This document shows positions 22,911-31,095 of a DNA stretch of 31,565 nucleotides, one piece after another; within the stretch, counting starts at the first letter, position 1; each line of letters begins with the position of its first letter. A program made the position numbers and the translations under genes. The notes under the pieces are model-generated. The model ran no database searches, had not been told where the DNA came from, and worked only from the letters and a program-made list of their open reading frames with translations. This DNA comes from a virus: IMG/VR virus record IMGVR_UViG_3300045988_062277, one strand, 5' to 3'.

Positions 22911-23951
22911 ATGTCCCTAGCGACAATCGAACTAAAGCCCGGCTTCGTTGACCGCAAGCTGATTTCCGAACAGCCAGCAGCCGGAGCCATCGCCAAGATT
23001 TCCAACAGCACCCCAATCGACCTCATCGGCACCCAGATGCAGACCATCGACTTCTCCGGCGAAATGGGCATCTTCGGCGAAGGCGCCACCGGCGAAACCG
23101 CAGCTGAAAAGAAGAAGTCTTCCAACGACGCCACCAACGGTGTCGTGACCATCAACCCCATCACCTTCTACATCTCCTATCGATTCCCGAAGAAGTTCCT
23201 CAAGCTGTTCGGCGTTGACGGCTCCTACAATCCGACCGACGCCACCTTCCGCGCCGGTTCCCCGCAGACCATGCTTCAGAGCATCCTCGCGCAGCCGTAT
23301 CAGGCCGGAATTCTTGACCAGTACCGAACTTATGTGAACCGCGCAATCAGCCGCGCACTCGACTTCGCCCCCATCTTCGGCGTCAACCCGGCCACCAAGG
23401 CCGCGTCCACCGTCGCACGCACCAACGGATACGTGCTCGACAAGGCCGGAGACATCAGCTACACGCCGGGCACCGGAGCCGAAGCGGCCACCGCGTTCAA
23501 GCAGGCCGTGCGACAGGTCGCCGCACAGGGCGACGCATCCGCACAGGGCGTCACCACCTCCGCCTACCTTTCCGCAATCGGCGACGGCCTCACAGCTGGC
23601 GGCTCTCCGACCCAGTACGCCTCGGATGTTCCGCTCATTGGCAACATGGTCAACCTTGGCGGCGTCACCCTCGCAGCCTCCAACACCGTGTCCGACACCG
23701 CCGCAGCCACCGGCTCCGGCCAGCTGACCGACAAGGTGCTCGATGCGGTCATCGGCGACTTCGCCAACCGTTTCGTGTGGGGCGCAATCCCGCTGTCCGG
23801 CATCGAAGTGTTCGACTCCGGAAACCCGGACAACTCCGCCGAAGGCGACTTGGGCGCCGTCAACAAGGTGATGCTCCGCACCGAAGTCGCAATCGGCTGG
23901 GGCTTCATCGGCGGAACCGACAAGTTCTACGCCATCACCCACACCGCCTAG
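22911..23951 (+). CDS. Major capsid protein (HK97 fold)
   Basis: 346 aa and Ala/Gly/Thr-rich, with no delta domain. A separate scaffold gene exists. The ATG at 22911 with GAAAGG is preferred over the track's long extension. Confidence 0.8.
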   Translation: MSLATIELKPGFVDRKLISEQPAAGAIAKISNSTPIDLIGTQMQTIDFSGEMGIFGEGATGETAAEKKKSSNDATNGVVTINPITFYISYRFPKKFLKLFGVDGSYNPTDATFRAGSPQTMLQSILAQPYQAGILDQYRTYVNRAISRALDFAPIFGVNPATKAASTVARTNGYVLDKAGDISYTPGTGAEAATAFKQAVRQVAAQGDASAQGVTTSAYLSAIGDGLTAGGSPTQYASDVPLIGNMVNLGGVTLAASNTVSDTAAATGSGQLTDKVLDAVIGDFANRFVWGAIPLSGIEVFDSGNPDNSAEGDLGAVNKVMLRTEVAIGWGFIGGTDKFYAITHTA

Positions 23952-23968
23952 TGACATCACCAACACAC

Positions 23969-23994
23969 ATGGGGCGGCGTTGACGCCGCCCCAT
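23969..23994 (+). terminator. Perfect 11-bp hairpin after the capsid gene (attenuator or mRNA stabiliser, no U-tract)
   Basis: atggggcggcg-ttga-cgccgccccat. Confidence 0.45.
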
Positions 23995-24031
23995 CCACCG
24001 ATTGAACGTTAAACTACGAAAGGAAAATGAG

Positions 24032-24628
24032 ATGGGCGCAAAGCAGTCTTCCGCAAACGTGACATTCTCGAAGCCGGGCACGAGTACCAACAAGTCCGGC
24101 TACATCTGGGTCGCCCCACTGGGCACCGCAATCCCCGCCGACGCCACCACCGAACTGGACGCCGCATTCGTCGGCCTCGGCTACCTGTCCGAAGACGGTC
24201 TGACCGAACCCGCATCGTTCGAACCGGGCGATGACATCGTGGCCGCTGGCGGCGATACCGTCGCACAGGCCGACCCGACGTTCTCCAAGACGTGGACCGG
24301 CACCTGCATCGAGGCGCTGAACGAAGACCTGCTCAAGGTCGCCTACGGCTCCGCCAACGTGACCGTCACCGACGCCACCTCGAGCAAGGACGGCACCATC
24401 ACCGTCAAGGAGCAGGCCGGAGACCTCGAACATCACGTCATCGTCATCGACGAAATGCTGAAGGGCGGCCGCAAGCGCCGCAACGTGATGGCGGACGCCA
24501 CGTTCCTCATCACCGGCGACATCAGCCACGTGCATACGGCTCTCGTAAACTTCGAGTTCACCATCACCGCCTATCCGACCGCCACCCAGCCCGCACAGAC
24601 CCAGTACATCACCATCCCAAAAAAGTAG
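24032..24628 (+). CDS. Major tail (tube) protein
   Basis: SGYIWVAPLGTAIPADATTELDAAFVGLGYLSEDGL fits the siphovirus major tail subunit pattern. It lies upstream of the chaperones and the tape measure. Confidence 0.8.
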   Translation: MGAKQSSANVTFSKPGTSTNKSGYIWVAPLGTAIPADATTELDAAFVGLGYLSEDGLTEPASFEPGDDIVAAGGDTVAQADPTFSKTWTGTCIEALNEDLLKVAYGSANVTVTDATSSKDGTITVKEQAGDLEHHVIVIDEMLKGGRKRRNVMADATFLITGDISHVHTALVNFEFTITAYPTATQPAQTQYITIPKK

Positions 24629-24697
24629 CGGGGCAGACAGGTATCGAAATCACCGACATTTACGGTCACGAAGCCCCCGCAACCATTAATGTCGGTG
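24619..24697 (+). promoter_or_regulatory. -1 programmed frameshift signal: the A_AAA_AAG heptamer plus pseudoknot-compatible complementarity
   Basis: The heptamer at 24619-24625 is in the zero frame, immediately before the TAG. S1 pairs 24628-33 with 24675-80 (gcgggg/ccccgc). S2 pairs 24651-60 with 24688-97 (caccgacatt/aatgtcggtg). Confidence 0.55.
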
Positions 24698-24935
24698 AAA
24701 GCGTGCAACTGAAAGCTAAGGCGGTGTACTGATGGTTCAATGGTCAGCAAGCAACGATAATGCTACCGTAGACTAGAATGGCATGGTGACGGGCCGCAAA
24801 GCCGGTTCCGTCACCATCACCGCCAAGGATAACTGGTTCACGGCGACTCATACGATGACCGTCGTGGACCCGACTGTTGGCGGCGATACCACGAACATTG
24901 TAGGCAAGGCCATTGTCGGAAAGGCGGTATTATAA
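24629..24935 (+). pseudogene. Big_2 (bacterial Ig-like) extension of the major tail protein, interrupted by a further frame change and an in-frame TAG
   Basis: The -1 frame reads VAGQTGIEITDIYGHEAPATINVGESVQLKAKAVY*. The next -1 frame reads VQWSASNDNATVD*NGMVTGRKAGSVTITAKDNWFTATHTMTVV. The terminal TAA overlaps the ATG at 24935. Confidence 0.55.
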
Positions 24936-24991
24936 TGGTCTACAGTAAGCAGAATTGGGCGGATGGTCAGACGATTACCGCTGCAAGCTGA

Positions 24992-26380
24992 ATGCGATGG
25001 ACGATGCCATCTTTGGCAAGCATTCCAACCGTTAAGTTAGACGGCAATATTCTCAGAGGCGTGTCAAACAAGCCTCTCAACGTGACCATGGGCGGCGAGG
25101 GAGCGTTCCCTAAGAAACTATTCACCTCCGGTCGGAACATCGTGAAGATGCCGACATCCGGCTCTGGAACAGTTGACGGCCTCCGCTACGAGTTTACCCC
25201 GGACGGCCTGAACGTTCACGGAACCGCGTCCAAGCCGCTTGGTGCAATCATTGAACTTGCCCCGCTCCTCACGGACAACCGAATCTGCCTCCCGGACGGG
25301 TTCTACCTCAACTGCAAAATAAACCTCCCCGCCAATTGCCGTATCTCCATTTGGGATGACGAGTATGTGGTGTCTCTCAAAAACCAGTCTTACGGCACTC
25401 CGATTCCCGCTACTGGCGGTTTGACGCATGTCTCGCTATGGATTGCCGGTGCCGTGGATTTTGACAGTCTTAAAATTTTCATCGTTTACGGAAAGAGCGA
25501 GTCATACGACCACCCAAATGGCACCGGCGAGGTTTACGATACCGGCGTCGAGCAAGCATTCACTGGTGCCGACTCCACCATCGTGACCGTTCCGGCGTTC
25601 GAAAACGACGATGACACCATCGTTCTTCTCACCGACAGCGAGACGCAGCCCACGTTCTCCACTGAAATCGTCGGCGGCTTCTCTTCGGTCATCGCAATGC
25701 TTGAAGCCAGCAACCCACTCTGGGGCAAGCATTACCATGCTTGCGGCGACAGCTACACGGCCGGTGCCGGTGTGACCGAGTTCGACAAGGCCACAGGCGA
25801 ACCGTTGACGGCAAACTTCCTTGTCGCCAAGTACAACAACATGAAGTATACTAAGGACGCCGTTAGCGGAAGCGACATGACAAACGTGTCCGGCGCGTCG
25901 GCTCCGTTCAGTGTTGACCGCTATCTCAACATTCCAGAGGATACCGACTATTTGACTCTTCAGTTCGGCCTGAACGAGACTGTAATCGCCGGTGAAGCGT
26001 CAACGCTTGGCACAAGTGCGGACTCCACCAATACGACCATGTGGGGCGCGTACAACACCGTGTTCGAGTGGATTCTCAGGAATCGACCGAACGCCAAGGT
26101 TGGCGTCATCATCTCAGATGGTTGGATGACCGGAGCCTATGCTGACGCGCTCATTGAAATCTGCAAGTTCTGGGGCATCCCGTGGCTCGACCTCGGAGGC
26201 GACACGCAGGTGAGCCTGAACATTAACGGGCGACGGGACGGTTCGGGAATCACTCTGGGCGATACCGCGAAGTCGTTGCGCAACAATCAGTTCAGGATTT
26301 CCGACACCAATGCGCATCCGAACGCAGCGGCCAACCGTTGGCGTTACACCGCCTTGCAGGAATTCCTTCGCCGACTCTAA
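24992..26380 (+). CDS. Tail fibre-like protein with a C-terminal SGNH/GDSL hydrolase (esterase) domain
   Basis: Block I is HACGDSYTAG and block V is DTNAHPN. The conserved fibre N-terminus (MVYSKQNWADGQTITAA / KLNAMDDAIFGK) lies upstream, out of frame. Confidence 0.75.
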   Translation: MRWTMPSLASIPTVKLDGNILRGVSNKPLNVTMGGEGAFPKKLFTSGRNIVKMPTSGSGTVDGLRYEFTPDGLNVHGTASKPLGAIIELAPLLTDNRICLPDGFYLNCKINLPANCRISIWDDEYVVSLKNQSYGTPIPATGGLTHVSLWIAGAVDFDSLKIFIVYGKSESYDHPNGTGEVYDTGVEQAFTGADSTIVTVPAFENDDDTIVLLTDSETQPTFSTEIVGGFSSVIAMLEASNPLWGKHYHACGDSYTAGAGVTEFDKATGEPLTANFLVAKYNNMKYTKDAVSGSDMTNVSGASAPFSVDRYLNIPEDTDYLTLQFGLNETVIAGEASTLGTSADSTNTTMWGAYNTVFEWILRNRPNAKVGVIISDGWMTGAYADALIEICKFWGIPWLDLGGDTQVSLNINGRRDGSGITLGDTAKSLRNNQFRISDTNAHPNAAANRWRYTALQEFLRRL

Positions 26381-26420
26381 CCAGCCCGGCATCTCGAAGG
26401 GATAACATCTCAAACCCGCA

Positions 26421-26465
26421 CCCCACATGCCATATCACATTGACCGGCATGTGGGGTATTCTTAT
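26421..26465 (+). terminator. Rho-independent terminator after the SGNH gene
   Basis: ccccacatgcc-N14-ggcatgtgggg is a perfect 11-bp stem followed by tattcttat. Confidence 0.7.
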
Positions 26466-26491
26466 AGAGACAGACAACGAAAGGAAACCTA

Positions 26492-26776
26492 ATGGCAAAA
26501 CGCAAACCCACCATCACCATCGAAGACTTCAACGACGATTGGGCCGACGCCTATGCGAAACTCCTCCGCAACCGCAAATTCCAGCAGGCAATCCACTCCG
26601 AAGGCGTGGAAGACAGCTTGGAAACCGTATGGCTTATCGACAAGCTCATGCAGACCGTGCTGACCGAATCCAAGTACGAGCAGCTCATGACTGCTGTTGA
26701 CGACGACATCATCGACGCATGGGAATACCTGTCGGGAAAATTGCCGACAATTACGGAACCACCGTCGAAAGACTAA
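26492..26776 (+). CDS. Tail assembly chaperone (gpG-like)
   Basis: It lies directly upstream of the tape measure. It is acidic, 94 aa, and contains the slippery site near its 3' end. Confidence 0.75.
   Translation: MAKRKPTITIEDFNDDWADAYAKLLRNRKFQQAIHSEGVEDSLETVWLIDKLMQTVLTESKYEQLMTAVDDDIIDAWEYLSGKLPTITEPPSKD
26734..26740 (+). promoter_or_regulatory. -1 frameshift heptamer G_GGA_AAA for the G/GT chaperone fusion
   Basis: The zero-frame codons are tcG GGA AAA. The -1 frame continues as KIADNYGTTVERL... to 27078. Confidence 0.7.
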
Positions 26777-27078
26777 CCTATGCGATAAACCCCGACAAGT
26801 GGGATAGCCAAATCTTGGCCGACTTCGCAAGCCAGTATGGTAGCCCACGACAATACACCATATTGGAACGGGCGAAACTCATAGGCACGTTCGGAGCGAC
26901 AGCACGACTGCTCGACGTCATCCAACAGTCAACGCTCGCCCCCTACTCCAGCAAGGGACGGAAACCGAAAAGCGTATTGCCGGAAAACCGGAAGAACACC
27001 AAGAAGGAGGATTACGAACTCGACTCGATGAATACCGAAGACATCAACGAGGCGTTGGGTCTTCACCGAAAGGAATAG
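26740..27078 (+). CDS. Tail assembly chaperone T-part, expressed as a GT fusion by -1 frameshifting (26492..26740 joined to 26740..27078)
   Basis: An open -1 frame overlaps the end of G. This is the canonical lambda-like G/GT arrangement. Confidence 0.7.
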   Translation: MADNYGTTVERLTYAINPDKWDSQILADFASQYGSPRQYTILERAKLIGTFGATARLLDVIQQSTLAPYSSKGRKPKSVLPENRKNTKKEDYELDSMNTEDINEALGLHRKE

Positions 27079-27081
27079 CAG

Positions 27082-30000
27082 ATGGCAAAGGGCAGCATCG
27101 CAACCGCATGGATACAGGTACTTCCATCGTTGGAAGGCTTGCAGTCCGCACTTGTCAAGGCAAGCAAGGGCGCGGTGCTCACCCCCGCCGTCCAGCCCAA
27201 ACTGGCGTCAGGCACGAGCCGACTCTTCGCTTCGCACGGTTTGGGCATGTCCAGACTGTTCTCCGGCTCGTTCAACAAGAGCCTTGACCTGCAAGGCGGT
27301 GTGAAGGGCGCGCTCAGCAGCGTGTTCTCCTCCTTCGGTTCCAGTGGTCGCCGTTCGGCCGACGCTTTCGGCAATGGCTTCGCAACCCTCGACATCAACA
27401 AGTATCTGAACGCCGCAGCCGCCATCGCAGCCGTGGCATCGGTTGGCAATGCCGTCAAAAACGTCACGTCCAACATCATCGAAATGGGCAACCAGTGGGG
27501 TCAGACCACCGCCATGCTGAAAAACGCGGTGGGCGACGCCGGGGATTATAAAGGCTCGCTCGAAACGTCGTTGGAATACGCGAACAAGGTCGGTGTCGCA
27601 ACGGACGATTTCATTCAGTCGGCGGCACGCCTGCGCACGCTCGCGCCGGAAGTCGTATCCAATTACGGCGACGCTGCGAAATTCACCAAACTGCTCGACA
27701 TGAACATGATTAGCACGGGCGCATCCACGCAGGAAGCGTCCAGTGCCATGCGGCAGATTACCCAAGCATTGGGCAAGGGCATCGTCAACGGCGACGAGTT
27801 GAATTCCATCATGGAGAACTCGCCGCAAATCGCACGAATGCTCGCAAAGCATCTCAACGCGTCCGTGGGTGAACTGAAACAGTTGGGCAAGGAAGGCAAA
27901 ATCAGTGGCCAAGCCCTCTACGATACTGTGTTGGAGAATGCGGACGCCATCGAACAGCAGTTCGCATCCATGCCCGTCACGGCAGACCGTGCGTGGAACA
28001 GCATCAAGAACACGGTCGGCGCAAGGTCGGCGGAAGCCGCCACCGCATTGTCAGCTAATCTCGGCAAGGCATTGACCGCCATCTCCAATTCGGGCATGGT
28101 GGACACGTTCGGCGAAATGCTCGCAGGATTCGTACCATTGTCGAACGCTGCCTCGGCGTTGGCTTCCACGTTCTCCAACCAGCTTGCGCCAGCCGTCAAC
28201 AAGGCGTTCGACGCGCAGCAGGTCGAACAGTTCGTCAGCCCGTTGACGAATCTCATCAACCTGAACTCGCAGAACGACAACCTCCTATCCTCCATGGCCG
28301 ACACGCTGAACACGGTGGGCGTCGCCGGCACTGCCGCGTTCTCCCTTTTGGCCGCCACAAACGACCGGTTCGCATCCCGCATCCCGTTCATCGGCAACGC
28401 GCTGGTGGGCGTGAAGAACACGCTCATCAAGCTTGGTTCAGGCTTCACCGGCGTGTTTGGAGCGGCGGTGTCTGCTTCGTCCGCAGTCACCGACAAGCTC
28501 GCGTCCATGGCCGACGCGATGTCGAAAACGTTGTCCGAGTCGACGAAGGCGCAGAACGCGCTAGGCAAGTTCAACGTCGCGTTCGAAGACTTGGCGACTT
28601 ACGCGTTCAGTTTCGGCGAGAAGGGCGCGGCGGGCTTCAATACCGTCCAGCAGGCCGCGTCGAACCTGCGCAACGGCGTTGGACAGGCGTCCGACAATGT
28701 GAAGCTTCTGCAAAACGGTCTGAACGCGATGGGCTCCGATGCCGAAGCGCTTCCCGAAGCGTTCCTCAAAGCGTTCGAAACCCTCAACACCGAAGTGGAT
28801 GCCGCCGCACGGAAGAAGGCTCCATCCCTCGTTCAGGCGTTCCGCGACATCCGTGCCGCCGCAGGCACCATCGTCGTGGATTCGAACATCTACCGTTCGC
28901 TGGACGCCGCAGGACAGGACGCCGACATCTACCGCGACAAGCTCGTGCAGGTGGGACGCGAATTCAAGGAGCTTACCGGCTTCAAGATTCCGAACGTGTT
29001 CCTCCCCTTGGTCGGCTCGGCCGTGTCCGCGTCCGACAGCATCATGCAGACGTTCGGCAACCTGAAGACCGGATTGTCCAACTATGCGTCGAACACGGCG
29101 CAGCAGTGGGCTCCGGTCAAGGAGATTCTCGTCGAAGTCTTCTCGAACGCCGCCGCATCCGTCAAAACGAAGATGGAAGTCATGCGCGCCGACATAGAGT
29201 CCGGCGTGCTCTCCATGGTCGAGAATGTGCGAGGCAAGGCGTCCGAATTCAAGGTGGCGTTCAATGAAATGCTGGACGAGACCGGAATCCGCGACACCGT
29301 GTCGAAGTTTGGGGCTGTGGTCGGCAATGGGCTTTCCACTGTCAAGGGCGTGCTCAAGTCGTTCGGTTCCGAAGCGGCATCCGTATTGTCCGAACCGTTC
29401 GACGGTCTTGCCGAAAAGGTTTTCGGCTCGTTCAAGGGGCAGAATCCGTTCGCTCCGTTGACTTCCGCCGCGAAGACTCTTGGCACCGGATTGTCCGCTA
29501 CGGTTGGCGGCGCCGTGTCGCGTCTTACAGGACGGTTCGGTCCGTTGGCGTCCGCTGGAAAGACCGCGTTCGCCACCATCGGCTCCGCAGCGCTGAAAGT
29601 GTCTTCCGGCGCGTTGAAGGGCTTCGGCGTGGCTTTGAGAGGCGTTGGCACGGCAATCAGCGGGATTGGCGACATCGCATCCCGGCTTGGTGTGACCGGC
29701 GCGCTGTTCACCGGTCTGACGGCCGGATTCCAGACCCTCTTCAACCTTGACCCGTCCCAGATGACCGGCAAGTTCGATGAGTGGCAGAAGAGCCTCGACA
29801 ACACGCTTACCGGCATCCAGACGAAACTGCCCGACATGGCGAGCGCGTTCGCAACCGCCCTTCCGCAGATGGTGGCGAGCGTCACGGCCGCGCTGCCGGG
29901 CATCGCCGACGCGCTCATGAGCGCCGGACAGACGCTCGCGCCAGCGTTGATGACGATATTGCCGGAAATCACGCAAGCGTTCTCCGACATGTTCGCCCAA

Positions 30001-31095
30001 CTACCCAGCCTCATCTCCACGTATGGACAGCCACTGCTGGAAACATTCGGAACGTTGTTCGCGACATTGGCGGACCAGATTCCGTCGCTCCTGACATCGC
30101 TCGGCCAGTCATTGCTGGCTGGCATTCAGACCGCGTTCAGCGCAATCAGTGACAATAGCGGCGCCATCGCCGGGTTCATCAGCGGATTCGGCGCGTCCTT
30201 GGCTTCCGGCCTTCAAACGTTGGGCGCCACCATCGTGGCCGTGCTCCCCTCCATCGGTCAAAGCATTGCCTCCGCGTTGCCGACGCTGATTCCAGCGCTG
30301 ATATCCGCCCTTACGGGCGTGATAACGTCGCTTGCATCCGCATTGCCGGGCATCGCCATCGCCATCATCAACCAGCTGCCCGCAATCATCGGCGGGTTGG
30401 CTACCGGTATCGCCAACGGTCTGCCCACGCTGTTGAACGCCTTCGTCAGCGTGGTGTCCAACATCGCCTCGAACTTCCCGGGCATTTTCATGGCCCTTGT
30501 GGGTGCTATTCCCGGGATTATCAGGAACATCGCCCAACCGTTCTCCGGGTTGGCCGGTCAGATTCTCGGCTTTATCAAAGGCATTCCGGCCAAAATCAAG
30601 GGCCTGTTCGCAGATGCTGGCTCGTGGCTGCTCAACTCCGGCGCGGCGTTGATGAACGGTTTAAAGCAGGGCATCCTTAACGCTGTCGAAGGCGTGAAAA
30701 GCGCGGTCAGTGGCGCGTTGCAGAAGATTCGAGACTTCTTCCCGTTCTCTCCTGCCAAGGTCGGCCCGTTCTCCGGCTCCGGCTACACCAGCGTGTCCGG
30801 CGAGCATCTTATGCGCGACTTCGGCAAGGCCATCGGCGCCCAAGGCGCGTTCGTGCGCGGTCAGGTCGATGGCGTGCTCGATTCATTGGATTTCGACCGG
30901 ATTGATTCGGCCAATCTTGGCATGGTGTCGTCTCCGCGTCTTAAAGACTATACTGGAATGGTGTCGGCGGCACAGCCCACCGGCGGCGTCCACATCGACA
31001 ATGTGGTGGCAAGCCCGTTGAGCGACGTGGAGCTGGTGGCCCGCCGATTCGGATACGCTTTGAACAATGAGATGATTGGAAGTGTCAGACCTTGA
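27082..31095 (+). CDS. Tape measure protein
   Basis: 1337 aa and Ala/Gly/Ser-rich helical. The conserved tape-measure core is GDELNSIMENSPQIARMLAKHLNASVGELKQLGKEGKISG. Confidence 0.9.
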   Translation: MAKGSIATAWIQVLPSLEGLQSALVKASKGAVLTPAVQPKLASGTSRLFASHGLGMSRLFSGSFNKSLDLQGGVKGALSSVFSSFGSSGRRSADAFGNGFATLDINKYLNAAAAIAAVASVGNAVKNVTSNIIEMGNQWGQTTAMLKNAVGDAGDYKGSLETSLEYANKVGVATDDFIQSAARLRTLAPEVVSNYGDAAKFTKLLDMNMISTGASTQEASSAMRQITQALGKGIVNGDELNSIMENSPQIARMLAKHLNASVGELKQLGKEGKISGQALYDTVLENADAIEQQFASMPVTADRAWNSIKNTVGARSAEAATALSANLGKALTAISNSGMVDTFGEMLAGFVPLSNAASALASTFSNQLAPAVNKAFDAQQVEQFVSPLTNLINLNSQNDNLLSSMADTLNTVGVAGTAAFSLLAATNDRFASRIPFIGNALVGVKNTLIKLGSGFTGVFGAAVSASSAVTDKLASMADAMSKTLSESTKAQNALGKFNVAFEDLATYAFSFGEKGAAGFNTVQQAASNLRNGVGQASDNVKLLQNGLNAMGSDAEALPEAFLKAFETLNTEVDAAARKKAPSLVQAFRDIRAAAGTIVVDSNIYRSLDAAGQDADIYRDKLVQVGREFKELTGFKIPNVFLPLVGSAVSASDSIMQTFGNLKTGLSNYASNTAQQWAPVKEILVEVFSNAAASVKTKMEVMRADIESGVLSMVENVRGKASEFKVAFNEMLDETGIRDTVSKFGAVVGNGLSTVKGVLKSFGSEAASVLSEPFDGLAEKVFGSFKGQNPFAPLTSAAKTLGTGLSATVGGAVSRLTGRFGPLASAGKTAFATIGSAALKVSSGALKGFGVALRGVGTAISGIGDIASRLGVTGALFTGLTAGFQTLFNLDPSQMTGKFDEWQKSLDNTLTGIQTKLPDMASAFATALPQMVASVTAALPGIADALMSAGQTLAPALMTILPEITQAFSDMFAQLPSLISTYGQPLLETFGTLFATLADQIPSLLTSLGQSLLAGIQTAFSAISDNSGAIAGFISGFGASLASGLQTLGATIVAVLPSIGQSIASALPTLIPALISALTGVITSLASALPGIAIAIINQLPAIIGGLATGIANGLPTLLNAFVSVVSNIASNFPGIFMALVGAIPGIIRNIAQPFSGLAGQILGFIKGIPAKIKGLFADAGSWLLNSGAALMNGLKQGILNAVEGVKSAVSGALQKIRDFFPFSPAKVGPFSGSGYTSVSGEHLMRDFGKAIGAQGAFVRGQVDGVLDSLDFDRIDSANLGMVSSPRLKDYTGMVSAAQPTGGVHIDNVVASPLSDVELVARRFGYALNNEMIGSVRP

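Noticed and set aside
24626-24776. TAG stop-codon reassignment, suggested by the in-frame TAG within the Big_2 domain
   Set aside because: TAG is the terminating codon of several well-supported genes here: capsid 23949-51, major tail 24626-28, endolysin 5006-08, fibre 2343-45 and GT 27076-78. Genome-wide recoding is therefore unlikely.
27063-30537. Antisense and off-frame ORFs inside the tape measure gene (for example 28561..30000(-) of 479 aa and 29082..30125(-) of 347 aa)
   Set aside because: They are shadow ORFs. The plus-frame product has clear tape-measure features across the whole span.
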